The translations under genes were made by a program, and so were the position numbers. This document shows, piece after piece, positions 26,888-36,194 of a stretch of 64,000 nt of DNA. The notes under the pieces were generated by a model. The model was not told the DNA's origin. It ran no database searches and worked only from the letters and a program-made list of their open reading frames with translations. Numbering within the stretch: position 1 is the first letter of the stretch; each line of letters starts with the position of its first letter. The stretch comes from Eubacteriales bacterium (GTDB lineage: Bacteria; Bacillota; Clostridia; Oscillospirales; JAAYXM01), in NCBI GenBank assembly GCA_045636865.1, contig JAZTYJ010000019.1:475-64474 (forward strand). Reading direction: 5' to 3'.

Positions 26888-27241
26888 GGGGGCGTAAAGG
26901 CTTCGACGGGGATGTTGAAGCACGAGTAGCGGGCAGAGGCGCAGAGCCGCTTTAAAAGCTGCAACTTAATTTTTATAAATTAACTAACAACAATAAACTT
27001 ATTGCTGCTTAATTAATCAGCAGCCATCTTCCCCGGGAGGACCACGGCCCGGGAGTAAGGTGTCATGCAGTGGTGAACGTGATCGGGCAAAGCTTTGAAC
27101 CCGGCATGTAAGATGAAGCTACCAAGTTTGGAAGCCCGCCTGTCGGCGTCCATACGAGGGAATGTAAACATCAGGCTGCGCCCGGAGAAACTTTTGTGAA
27201 TACGTTTTCGGACGGGGGTTCGACTCCCCCCGCCTCCACCA
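26888..27241 (+). ncRNA. ssrA: tmRNA (SsrA)
   Basis: 5' GGGGGCGTAAAGGCTTCGACGGGG and 3' GGACGGGGGTTCGACTCCCCCCGCCTCCACCA. The acceptor stem GGGGGCG/CGCCTCC has the G3-U70 pair. An internal reading frame ends ...LTNNNKLIAA-TAA (26999-27001 stop region). Confidence 0.95.
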
Positions 27242-27272
27242 CTCAGTTTCACGTAAATAGTGAAATAAGTAA

Positions 27273-27314
27273 AAAGTGCCGCATAGCCAATATTTACTGG
27301 CTATGCGGCACTTT
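27273..27314 (+). terminator. ssrA terminator
   Basis: AAAGTGCCGCATAGCC (27273-27288) pairs with GGCTATGCGGCACTTT (27299-27314), a 16-bp stem. Confidence 0.75.
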
Positions 27315-27324
27315 GCTTTGTCAA

Positions 27325-28060
27325 GAGACAACCACCGGCAGTGCCGGTGGGATAAAAAAGCTTTAGCTATGAGCGGAAAAAGAATCCTCCTTTGTTTAAA
27401 ATAGAAGTGGGTTTGCCAACCACAACGAAAGAAAACAAAGGAGGAATCAAGAATGAAACTTGACACAAACAGTTTATCACATACGAAAAGGGATTGCAAA
27501 TACCACATAATATTTGCGCCTAAATATCGCAGACAAGTAATATATGGAAAGATCAAAGCAGACATAGGGATAATGTTGCGTAAATTGTGTGAATACAAAG
27601 GAATAGAAATGCTTGAGGCAGAGGCGTGCAAAGATCATATACATATGTTGGTATCAATACCGCCAAAGTATAGTGTAGCACAAATAATGGGTTACTTGAA
27701 AGGTAAGAGTAGTCTGATGATATTTGAGAAATATGCCAATATGAAGTACAAGTACGGAAATAGACATTTTTGGTGTAGAGGGTATTATGTTGACACAGTA
27801 GGGCGTAATAAAAAAGCAATAGCAGAGTACATACGGAACCAGCTACAAGAAGACATAGCGACAGACCAAATGTCATTGGTAGAGTATGTTGACCCGTTTA
27901 CGGGTAAGCAGGCAAAAGAAGGCAAATAAAAAGCCCCTTTAGGGGCTTGCCGGTGAAAGTGTTGCGGTTGGCAGACCTTTCGACGAGCCTATAGGCTCGG
28001 TCGGCATTATGCCCTAAGGGGGCTTGTGCATACTACCGGCACGGCCGGTAGTCATGATTT
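27325..28060 (+). mobile_element. IS200-type insertion sequence (tnpA only); ends approximate
   Basis: A Y1 transposase gene is flanked by related subterminal hairpins: CCACCGGC-AGT-GCCGGTGG (27332-27350) and ACTACCGGC-ACG-GCCGGTAGT (28032-28052). No inverted terminal repeats, as expected for IS200/IS605. Confidence 0.75.
27453..27929 (+). CDS. tnpA: IS200/IS605-family Y1 (HUH) transposase TnpA
   Basis: 158 aa. HUH motif DHIHMLVSIPP and catalytic-Tyr region WCRGYYVDTVG. RBS AAAGGAGG. Confidence 0.92.
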   Translation: MKLDTNSLSHTKRDCKYHIIFAPKYRRQVIYGKIKADIGIMLRKLCEYKGIEMLEAEACKDHIHMLVSIPPKYSVAQIMGYLKGKSSLMIFEKYANMKYKYGNRHFWCRGYYVDTVGRNKKAIAEYIRNQLQEDIATDQMSLVEYVDPFTGKQAKEGK

Positions 28061-28139
28061 GATTTTATCGGAGATGTGTGATAAAATGAAAACATAAAAC
28101 CAAATATATTCACACAGAGTGTCGGTTGTGCCGCAAATG

Positions 28140-28322
28140 CTTTTCGGGTAAGGCATAATTGGTGGAAAGGGAATGGGGTGAGAATCCCCTGCGATAACTG
28201 TCGGTGTGTGCATCGAAGTTTTTATATCCGTTATCGAAAGATAGTCATTGGGAAACCGAGAAGGCAGGATATAAAAATGCGGACTTTTTGTCTATATGGT
28301 GTAAGCCACAAGACCTGCTTTG
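28140..28322 (+). promoter_or_regulatory. Cobalamin (B12) riboswitch aptamer
   Basis: GGTGGAAAGGGAATGGGGTGAGAATCCCCTGCG...ACTGTCGG core (28161-28205), plus the B12 box AGCCACAAGACCTGC (28304-28318). Confidence 0.85.
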
Positions 28323-28430
28323 ATATTATTCCGCAAGCGCGGCTTCTGCACAGGAATAGTATTTTCGGATTTGAGGAAAAAGGTTTTTTGCACTTGTGTC
28401 CGGATTGTGAGCAATCACAGGAAAACTCAG

Positions 28431-28471
28431 CTGTGGTAATTTTTCTTTTGAAAGGTTACCGCAGTTTTTTT
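28431..28471 (+). terminator. Riboswitch expression-platform terminator
   Basis: CTGTGGTAA (28431-28439) pairs with TTACCGCAG (28456-28464), followed by T7. Confidence 0.7.
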
Positions 28472-28508
28472 ATTTTAAATTAAACGTCCTGCGAAGGTGA
28501 GGTGATTT

Positions 28509-29396
28509 TTGGTGGGATTTAAAACATATCATCCGATTGTGAATTTTACATATTTCGTGCTCGTGATAGGTTTTTCGTGTGCGCTTTTGCATCCTGCGGC
28601 ATTGTGCATTTCGCTGCTTTGCGGTTTTGTATATTCCGTGATGCTGAAAGGCAAAAAGGCGATAAAGACGAATCTTTTGTATATGCTGCCGATGCTTATT
28701 GCGATGGCACTGATAAATCCCGCCTTCAATCACGAGGGGATTACGATTATAACATATCTGCCGAGCGGAAACCCGCTGACTCTCGAATCGATTATCTACG
28801 GAATGTGCGCGGCAACAATGATAGTGAGCGTAATTTGCCATTTCTCCTGCTATTGCGAGGTTATGACGAGCGATAAATTCATATATCTTTTCGGAAGGAT
28901 TATTCCGTCTCTGTCGCTTATAATCTCAATGACACTCCGCTTTGTGCCGAGATTCCGTGCACAGCTTAAGGTTGTTGCGGAGGCGCAGAAATGTATGGGG
29001 CGCGATGCAGAAGGCGGAAAGCTTATAAAACGCGCAAGGTGCGGGCTCAATATCCTGTCGGTTATGACGACGTGGGCTCTTGAAAACGCAATCGACACCG
29101 CGGACAGTATGAAATCCCGCGGCTACGGACTCCCCGGAAGGACAGCTTTTTCAATCTTTAAGTTTTCAAGACGCGACAAGACTGCGCTTTTTTCCATTTT
29201 GCTTCTTGGTGCATATACGTTTGCGGGAAAGCTTTTTGGCGGGATGACTTTTGAATTCTTCCCGAAGATTTCGGCGGCGGATGTTTCGGTATATGGAATA
29301 AGTGTGTTTTTGTCATATTTACTTCTTTGCATAAGTCCTGTAATAATTGAAATATGGGAGGTGAGAAAATGGAAAGCTTCAAGGTCGAAAATCTGA
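28509..29396 (+). CDS. ECF transporter transmembrane (T) component, CbiQ/EcfT family
   Basis: 295 aa, polytopic. TTG/GTG start after AGGTGAGGTGA. C-terminal coupling region ...ALENAIDTADSMKSRGY. Confidence 0.75.
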   Translation: MVGFKTYHPIVNFTYFVLVIGFSCALLHPAALCISLLCGFVYSVMLKGKKAIKTNLLYMLPMLIAMALINPAFNHEGITIITYLPSGNPLTLESIIYGMCAATMIVSVICHFSCYCEVMTSDKFIYLFGRIIPSLSLIISMTLRFVPRFRAQLKVVAEAQKCMGRDAEGGKLIKRARCGLNILSVMTTWALENAIDTADSMKSRGYGLPGRTAFSIFKFSRRDKTALFSILLLGAYTFAGKLFGGMTFEFFPKISAADVSVYGISVFLSYLLLCISPVIIEIWEVRKWKASRSKI

Positions 29397-31999
29397 ATTT
29401 TTGTTATCCCGACAGACAGGAGAAGGCACTCAAAGATATAACCTTCACGGTGAAAGAAGGCGAATTTGTTCTTCTTTGCGGAAAATCCGGTTGCGGAAAG
29501 ACAACACTTTTAAGGCTTTTAAAACCGTCACTTGCGCCGTTTGGATCTCTTTGCGGAGAAATCTTTTTTAACGGCAAAAAGCTTTCAGACTATGACCTGA
29601 AAGAGCAGACAAAGGATATCGGCTTTGTGATGCAGAACCCCGATAATCAGATTGTCTGCGACAAGGTGTGGCACGAGCTTGCCTTCGGTCTTGAGAGTCT
29701 TGCGATGAAACAGAGCGAAATCAGAATAAGAGTGTCTGAAATGGCGTCGTTCTTCGGCATACAGAATTGGTTTTATAAGAATGTGTCGGAGCTTTCGGGT
29801 GGACAGAAGCAACTTCTCAACCTTGCCTCCGTTATGGTTATGCAACCGTCGGTGCTCATTCTTGACGAGCCTGCAAGTCAGCTTGATCCCATCAGCGCAG
29901 GTGAGTTTTTAAAAACGCTTGAAAAGATAAACCGCGAGCTTGGAACTACCATTATTCTCTCGGAGCATCGTCTTGAGGATGCGTTTCCCATGGCGGACCG
30001 CGTCATTGTTATGGACGAGGGCGAAATTATCGCAGACGATAAGCCGCGTCGCGTCGGAGAAATTTTAAAAGAGAAAAATCACGATATGTGCAGAGCTCTC
30101 CCGACACCCATGAGGGTTCACGGGCGCGTTGAAAACTCTCTGCCGTGCCCCTTGACGGTCAGAGAGGGGAGAGTGTGGCTTGAAGAGTATTCGGGAGAGA
30201 CGGTGCTCAAACCGGATCTGATTCCGAAAGACACTAAAAAATCCTGCGATGAAGTCGCAATAGAAGTTAAAGATGCATATTTCAGATATGAAAAGGACGC
30301 GCCTGATGTCATAAAGGGATTTGATTTGAACGTAAAAAAGGGCGAGCTTTTCTGCCTTGTTGGAGATAACGGTACGGGAAAGACAACTGCTCTTTCGCTG
30401 ATATCCGGGCTTAACAAGCCATACAGAGGCGATGTGTTGATAAACGGCCGGAGTGTTTCGGAAATCGGAAGCTTGTATAACGGGTTACTTTCTTGTCTTC
30501 CGCAGAATGTGCAGAGCGTGTTTGTGAAAAAGACGGTTTACCTTGATCTGATGGATATGCTCAAAGATGAAAAGATCCCGCAGGAAGAAAAGGAAGAAAG
30601 GGTGCACAACATAGCTTTTATTTGCAGAATAGAAAACCTGCTTGAGTGTCATCCGTATGATTTGTCGGGCGGAGAGCAGCAGAGAGCCGCGCTTGCAAAG
30701 GTTCTGCTCTTGAAACCTCAGGTACTGCTTCTTGATGAGCCTACGAAGGGAATGGATGCACATTTTAAAGAAGAATTTGCCGACATCCTTTCGGATTTAA
30801 AGAAAAACGGAACAACCGTTCTTATGGTATCACACGACATAGAGTTTGCGGCAGAGTATGCCGACAGATGTGCGCTTTGCTTTGACGGAAGCATAACATC
30901 GTCAGGCACTCCGCGGGAGTTTTTCGGCGGCAACAGCTTCTACACAACAGTTGCAAACCGAATGGCGAGAACAAGACTTTCAGACGCGCTTCTTGCAGAA
31001 GACATAATTCTTGCCTGCGGCGGAGCACCCGAGGCGCGGGAGCAAAAAGAGCGAAAAATAAATTGGAAAAGCTCAGACTCTCAAAAGCCGCCGCAAAAAG
31101 AAAAAAGGCTCACTTCTGCAAGAATTATAACCGGAAGCATATTTGCTTTGCTTTTTGTACTGACGACAATCATAAGCTATATGGGTACATATTCTCTGCA
31201 GACACTTTCTGTAGTTGAAATTGCCGTTGCCTGTTTCTGTTTCTTTCCTCAAAGGGGAGAAGAAATTGAAGTGGCATATAAGCCGAAATCCGATGGCAAA
31301 CTTGCAAAACGAACTCTTGTTGCGGCATTTTTGATACTGCTTTTAATACCGTTGACAATTTATTTCGGCATTTTTGTGTTGGATGACAGAAAATATTATT
31401 TTACAAGTCTTTTAATCATTTTTGAAACGATAATTCCGTTCTGCCTTGTGTTTGAGTCAAGAAAACCCAAGGCGAGAGAACTCGTCATTATAAGCGTGCT
31501 TTGTGCAATAGCGGTAGCGGGAAGGGCGGCATTTTTTATGCTGCCGCAGTTTAAACCGGTCATCGCGCTTGTAATTATCGCAGGAGTGTGCTTCGGCGGT
31601 GAAACGGGCTTTTTGGTCGGCGCGGTTACGGGATTTGTTTCAAACTTTTTTGCAGGTCAGGGACCGTGGACGCCGTGGCAGATGTTTGCTTTCGGCATCA
31701 TCGGATTTATCGCCGGAATACTTTTCGGGAAACGCTTTTTGAAAAAAACGCGGTTGTCTCTTTGTGCCTTTGGTTTTCTTGCGACATTTGTGATATACGG
31801 CGGCATTATAAATCCCGCGTCCGTAATTATGTGGCAGGATAAAATCACGTGGGAGATGATCGCAACCGCTTATATTGCGGGAGTACCGTTTGACACAATT
31901 CACGCATTTTCAACTGCGTTTTTCCTCTGGTTTCTTTCAGGTCCTATGATAGACAAGCTTGAGCGGATTAAAGTGAAATACGGCCTGATAGAACGATGA
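29369..31999 (+). CDS. Fusion protein: two ECF/ABC ATPase domains plus a C-terminal S-component-like membrane domain
   Basis: ORF 29354..31999. ATG 29369 follows GGGAGGTGAG. Walker A motifs GKSGCGKTT and GDNGTGKTT. Signature motifs LSGGQKQ and LSGGEQQ. The last ~300 aa have about 6-7 hydrophobic spans and GQGPWTPWQM. Confidence 0.8.
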   Translation: MESFKVENLNFCYPDRQEKALKDITFTVKEGEFVLLCGKSGCGKTTLLRLLKPSLAPFGSLCGEIFFNGKKLSDYDLKEQTKDIGFVMQNPDNQIVCDKVWHELAFGLESLAMKQSEIRIRVSEMASFFGIQNWFYKNVSELSGGQKQLLNLASVMVMQPSVLILDEPASQLDPISAGEFLKTLEKINRELGTTIILSEHRLEDAFPMADRVIVMDEGEIIADDKPRRVGEILKEKNHDMCRALPTPMRVHGRVENSLPCPLTVREGRVWLEEYSGETVLKPDLIPKDTKKSCDEVAIEVKDAYFRYEKDAPDVIKGFDLNVKKGELFCLVGDNGTGKTTALSLISGLNKPYRGDVLINGRSVSEIGSLYNGLLSCLPQNVQSVFVKKTVYLDLMDMLKDEKIPQEEKEERVHNIAFICRIENLLECHPYDLSGGEQQRAALAKVLLLKPQVLLLDEPTKGMDAHFKEEFADILSDLKKNGTTVLMVSHDIEFAAEYADRCALCFDGSITSSGTPREFFGGNSFYTTVANRMARTRLSDALLAEDIILACGGAPEAREQKERKINWKSSDSQKPPQKEKRLTSARIITGSIFALLFVLTTIISYMGTYSLQTLSVVEIAVACFCFFPQRGEEIEVAYKPKSDGKLAKRTLVAAFLILLLIPLTIYFGIFVLDDRKYYFTSLLIIFETIIPFCLVFESRKPKARELVIISVLCAIAVAGRAAFFMLPQFKPVIALVIIAGVCFGGETGFLVGAVTGFVSNFFAGQGPWTPWQMFAFGIIGFIAGILFGKRFLKKTRLSLCAFGFLATFVIYGGIINPASVIMWQDKITWEMIATAYIAGVPFDTIHAFSTAFFLWFLSGPMIDKLERIKVKYGLIER

Positions 32000-32031
32000 A
32001 ATGATATGTTCAGATTACGTGCGTTTCGATG

Positions 32032-32067
32032 AAGCACCCCGATTTGTTGAAAAATCGGGGTGCTTTT
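32032..32067 (+). terminator. Terminator after the ECF genes
   Basis: AAGCACCCCGATTT pairs with AAATCGGGGTGCTT, followed by TTG. Confidence 0.75.
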
Positions 32068-32091
32068 GTATGCCAATATTTCACAAAAGTA

Positions 32092-32120
32092 TTGAAAAAA
32101 TTTTATTCATAATATATAAT
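32092..32120 (+). promoter_or_regulatory. Candidate promoter of the Na/Pi cotransporter gene
   Basis: TTGAAA (32092-32097), 17 nt, TATAAT (32115-32120). Confidence 0.55.
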
Positions 32121-32160
32121 TTACAATAGGTTAAATTTTAATGATGGGAGAATATGACCT

Positions 32161-33963
32161 ATGGACACTTTTATTATGGTTATCACAATGCTTGGCGGTC
32201 TTGCAATGTTCCTTTACGGAATGGAGATCATGGGCGACGGACTCAAAAACGGATCGGGTCCCGCGCTTAAGAAATTTCTCGGCAAGCTTACGCACAACGT
32301 ATTTTTAGGGCTCCTCACAGGTACGATTGTTACTGCGATAATTCAGAGCTCGACTGCTACCATTGTTCTTACGGTAGGGCTTATCGGCGCGGGAATCCTC
32401 AACCTTCGTCAGGCCGTAAGTATTGTTATGGGCGCAAATATCGGTACTACCGTTACTGCGCAGATAATCAGACTTATGGATATTGATTCTTCGGGCAACG
32501 CCATCCTTGAGCTTTTTAAGCCGACTACACTTGCGCCGGTTGCGCTTGTTATCGGCATTCTCCTCATTATGTTCATAAAGCGCGGGAATGCAAAGAACGT
32601 CGGTATGATCGCGATGGGTTTTGGTATTCTCTTTATCGGTCTTGATTTTATGACCGAGGCGGTAAAGCCGCTTGCAGAGTCTGATATGTTTAAGAATGTT
32701 ATAGAATACTTCAGCAATATGCCGATTATGGGCATCGTTATCGGTCTTGTATTTACGGTTATCATCCAGAGCTCATCTGCTGCCGTCGGTATCTTGCAGA
32801 CACTTGCATCGTCAACGGGCATCATTGACTTTAACCTTGTCTATCCGATGATTATGGGTATCAACATCGGTACCTGTGTTACAACCGCTATGGTCTGCTC
32901 AATCGGAACTGGAAAGGATGCAAAGCGCGCAGGTGTTGTTCATATTCTCTTTAACACAATAGGTACGGTTGCATTTATGATTGCAATGACGCTCCTTCGT
33001 AATTTCGGCGCATTCCCGACTCTTTGGAACAGCACGGTTGACAGCGGCGTTATCGCAAACTTCCAGACAATATTCAACGTTATCACGGCACTTGTGCTTC
33101 TTCCGTTTGCAGGTCTTCTCGTCAAGGCATCAAGCAGGATTATCAAGGACGATTCGACCGGAGAGGACAAGTACCCCGAGCTTGCAGCACTTGATACAAA
33201 GCTTATGATTTCTCCGACGGTTGCTCTCGAAGGTGTCACAAAGGGCTTTGTTGCAATGGCAAAGGCTGCACGCGACAACCTCGGTCTCGGTATTGCCCAG
33301 CTTGCCAATTATGATGAGAATGTAACCGAGGTAATTTCTGCATGCGAAAACAGACTTGACTCGTTTGCAGACTCAGCAGACAATTATCTCATCGAGCTTT
33401 CAAGAAAAATTGAAAACGAAAAGGACAATCGCCACCTCAATATGCTTATGCAGTGCGTTCCGGATATTGAACGTATAGGCGACTATGCTACAAACCTTGA
33501 TGAGCTCGCGCTCAAGATAAAGGATGAGGATCGCGCATTCTCCGAGAGCGCGCAGAAGGAGCTTCAGATTACGAGCGACGCAGTGCTCGGAATTATCAAC
33601 CTCACAGTTGAGGCAATTGAAAAGAACAGCGACGAGATTGCAAAGCGCATAGAGCCGTTTGAAGAAGTTATCGACGATATGGTTCTTATGCTTCGAAACC
33701 GCCACGCAGAGCGTCTCCGCAAGGGTATTTGTGTAGTTGATTCGGGACTTATCTTCCTCGAAGCTCTCACATATCTTGAACGTGCGGCTGACCAGTGCTC
33801 AAGCATTGCGCTTCAGTTCCTTGGCAGAAACAATGCGGACATTATGAAAAATCACCACGCATATCTTGTTGAGCTTCACGCTGCAGGAGACACTTCATAT
33901 ATGGCTGAACAGGAAATGCGTCGCAAGCAGTATCTTGTTGAACTTGAAAGCATTTTAATTTAG
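32161..33963 (+). CDS. Na+/phosphate cotransporter family protein with C-terminal PhoU-like domain
   Basis: 600 aa. Duplicated QSSTAT / QSSSAAV repeat motifs in the membrane part and a helical, PhoU-like C-terminus. Confidence 0.8.
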   Translation: MDTFIMVITMLGGLAMFLYGMEIMGDGLKNGSGPALKKFLGKLTHNVFLGLLTGTIVTAIIQSSTATIVLTVGLIGAGILNLRQAVSIVMGANIGTTVTAQIIRLMDIDSSGNAILELFKPTTLAPVALVIGILLIMFIKRGNAKNVGMIAMGFGILFIGLDFMTEAVKPLAESDMFKNVIEYFSNMPIMGIVIGLVFTVIIQSSSAAVGILQTLASSTGIIDFNLVYPMIMGINIGTCVTTAMVCSIGTGKDAKRAGVVHILFNTIGTVAFMIAMTLLRNFGAFPTLWNSTVDSGVIANFQTIFNVITALVLLPFAGLLVKASSRIIKDDSTGEDKYPELAALDTKLMISPTVALEGVTKGFVAMAKAARDNLGLGIAQLANYDENVTEVISACENRLDSFADSADNYLIELSRKIENEKDNRHLNMLMQCVPDIERIGDYATNLDELALKIKDEDRAFSESAQKELQITSDAVLGIINLTVEAIEKNSDEIAKRIEPFEEVIDDMVLMLRNRHAERLRKGICVVDSGLIFLEALTYLERAADQCSSIALQFLGRNNADIMKNHHAYLVELHAAGDTSYMAEQEMRRKQYLVELESILI

Positions 33964-33989
33964 CAAAATAACGGATAGGAATGATATTC

Positions 33990-35240
33990 ATGGGTAACGA
34001 AAATAAACGCATCTACCTTTCTTCTCCGACTATGCATGGTGAAGAACTTGTGTATATGAAGGAAGCATTTGATACAAACTGGATGTCAACTGTCGGCAAA
34101 AACATAAACGAAATTGAGAGAATCGCATGCGAGAGAATCGGATGCAAATATTCAGTGGCACTTGCTTCAGGCACGTCTGCACTGCATCTTGCAATGAAAC
34201 TTGCAGGTGTGAAGTCGGGGGAGAGGGTATTCTGCTCTGATGTAACGTTTGGTGCAACGGTAAATCCTGTCGTTTATGAGGGAGGAATCCCCGTATTTAT
34301 TGACACGGAATATGATACGTGGAATATGGATCCGGCAGCACTTGAAAAGGCGTTTGAAATTTATCCCGAAGTGAAGGTGGTAGTTTTAGTTCACCTTTAC
34401 GGCACTCCGGCAAAAGTCGACGAAATCAAGGCTGTTTGCGATAAGTATGGTGCGATTATCGTTGAGGATGCCGCGGAATCGCTTGGCGCTACATATAAGG
34501 GAAAAGAAACAGGCTCGTTTGGCTTATATAACTGCATAAGCTTCAACGGAAACAAGATTATCACAGGTTCATCCGGCGGAATGCTCCTTACGGACAACCT
34601 TGATGCCGCAAACAAGGTGAGAAAATGGTCTACTCAGAGCAGAGAAAATGCTCCGTGGTATCAGCACGAGGAAGTCGGGTATAACTACCGTATGAGCAAC
34701 GTTATTGCAGGGTGCGTAAGAGGGCAGTTTCCGCATCTTGATGAGCACATTGCACAGAAGAAGGCGATTTATGAAAGATATAAGGCGGCGTTTGCAGACC
34801 TTCCGGTTAGCATGAACCCGATAGACTTTGAAAATTCAGTCCCGAACTACTGGCTTTCGTGTATGATTATCGACGAAGATGCTATGTGCAGACAGGTGCG
34901 TGGGGAGTGCGAAGCGCTCTACATCTCGGAAAAGGGCAAATCCTGCCCGACGGAGATTCTTGATGCAATAACAACCGTCAATGCGGAAGGACGCCCTATC
35001 TGGAAACCGATGCATATGCAGCCGATATACAGAAATCACGCATTCATTACGCGTGAAGGAAGCGGCAGATGCAAGACGAATGCATATATTTCGGGAGGCG
35101 AGCTCGGTCGTGACGGTAAGCCTCTTGATGCGGGTATGGACATCTTCCACCGCGGACTTTGTCTGCCGAGTGATAACAAGATGACCGCAGAAGAACAGGA
35201 TAAAATAATCGAAGTTATCAGGCGTTGTTTTGATAAATAA
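33990..35240 (+). CDS. DegT/DnrJ/EryC1/StrS-family sugar aminotransferase (PLP)
   Basis: ORF 33981..35240. YLSSPTMHGEE, SGTSALHLA and the Lys-containing SFNGNKIITGSSGGML motif. Confidence 0.85.
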   Translation: MGNENKRIYLSSPTMHGEELVYMKEAFDTNWMSTVGKNINEIERIACERIGCKYSVALASGTSALHLAMKLAGVKSGERVFCSDVTFGATVNPVVYEGGIPVFIDTEYDTWNMDPAALEKAFEIYPEVKVVVLVHLYGTPAKVDEIKAVCDKYGAIIVEDAAESLGATYKGKETGSFGLYNCISFNGNKIITGSSGGMLLTDNLDAANKVRKWSTQSRENAPWYQHEEVGYNYRMSNVIAGCVRGQFPHLDEHIAQKKAIYERYKAAFADLPVSMNPIDFENSVPNYWLSCMIIDEDAMCRQVRGECEALYISEKGKSCPTEILDAITTVNAEGRPIWKPMHMQPIYRNHAFITREGSGRCKTNAYISGGELGRDGKPLDAGMDIFHRGLCLPSDNKMTAEEQDKIIEVIRRCFDK

Positions 35241-35243
35241 ATG

Positions 35244-35270
35244 AAAAGGGCGAGGTTTCGCCCTTTTTTT
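35244..35270 (+). terminator. Terminator after the aminotransferase gene
   Basis: AAAAGGGCGA, loop GGTT, TCGCCCTTTTTTT. Confidence 0.85.
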
Positions 35271-35294
35271 GTAAATCGGTGGTGAAGATATAAG

Positions 35295-36194
35295 GTGGAG
35301 CTTCAGAAACAGTTTAAGATGGTTGCGGAGGTTGCAAGGTGCGGAAGCATATCAAAGGCTGCAAAAACTCTAGGCATTGCACAGCCGACCCTGTCAAAGT
35401 ATATCTCAAATCTTGAGGAAAAGCTCGGAACAGAGCTTTTTGACAGACGGAAACTTCCGCTTTCGCTGACGGAGGCGGGAGAGAGGTATGTAAGGGCAGG
35501 AAACCGGATTGTAGATATTTATTCGCAGCTTGAGAGAGACCTTGAAAAGCTTGGTGAAGGAGAAACTCAGACGGTGAGAGTGGGCATAAGCCCGACACGT
35601 GCCCATTATATGCTGGCTTCCATTGTGGATGAATTTAGAAAGAAGAACTCTTGTGCAAAGCTTGTAGTCAGAGAGAGGACAACTTCACAGCTAAGTGCCG
35701 ATCTCGTGCGAGGTGATATAGATCTTGCGATTTCCCTCAAGTGTGACGGAATGCGCGAATTTGCGCTTCGGAGACTTTTTTCTGAAAAGATTATGATAGC
35801 TGTTCCGAAAGAGTATCAAAAGTCCGATGCAATGCAGATTCTGAAGGAGTGCCCGTTTATAACCATCGGCGAAGGGCTCCGTATGTCCGATGTTCTGCTT
35901 GATATTCTTGACGAGGTGGGTGGCAAAGAGCCTGATTTGTCCGTGCAGTCAATCGAGTCTGCACTGTCTCTTGCAAACAGAGGGGCAGGGGTTGCGCTCG
36001 CGCCGTCATATATAGCGGAATACGGTCGCTTTGACAACCTGATTTTCATAGAGCTTCCCGATGAGGTGAAGAGACATTTCGGAGCAAGCCTCGAAAGAGA
36101 GGTTTGTGTGTTCTATAAGAAGAACCGGACGCTCTCAAAAGCTGAAGCGGATTTTATAAAAGCCTGCGAAGGTATTGCAAAATACAACTTATAA
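35295..36194 (+). CDS. LysR-family transcriptional regulator
   Basis: 299 aa, GTG start. HTH ISKAAKTLGIAQPTLSKYISNLEEKLGTELFDR. Confidence 0.9.
   Translation: MELQKQFKMVAEVARCGSISKAAKTLGIAQPTLSKYISNLEEKLGTELFDRRKLPLSLTEAGERYVRAGNRIVDIYSQLERDLEKLGEGETQTVRVGISPTRAHYMLASIVDEFRKKNSCAKLVVRERTTSQLSADLVRGDIDLAISLKCDGMREFALRRLFSEKIMIAVPKEYQKSDAMQILKECPFITIGEGLRMSDVLLDILDEVGGKEPDLSVQSIESALSLANRGAGVALAPSYIAEYGRFDNLIFIELPDEVKRHFGASLEREVCVFYKKNRTLSKAEADFIKACEGIAKYNL

Noticed and set aside
27119-27631. A 170-aa minus-strand ORF spanning the tmRNA 3' half, its terminator and the IS200 left end.
   Set aside because: It crosses three independently supported features (ssrA, the terminator and the tnpA start) and has no translation signals.
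28178-28483. A 101-aa plus-strand ORF upstream of the ECF genes.
   Set aside because: It lies exactly over the cobalamin riboswitch aptamer and its terminator. It is Cys/Arg-rich and has no RBS.
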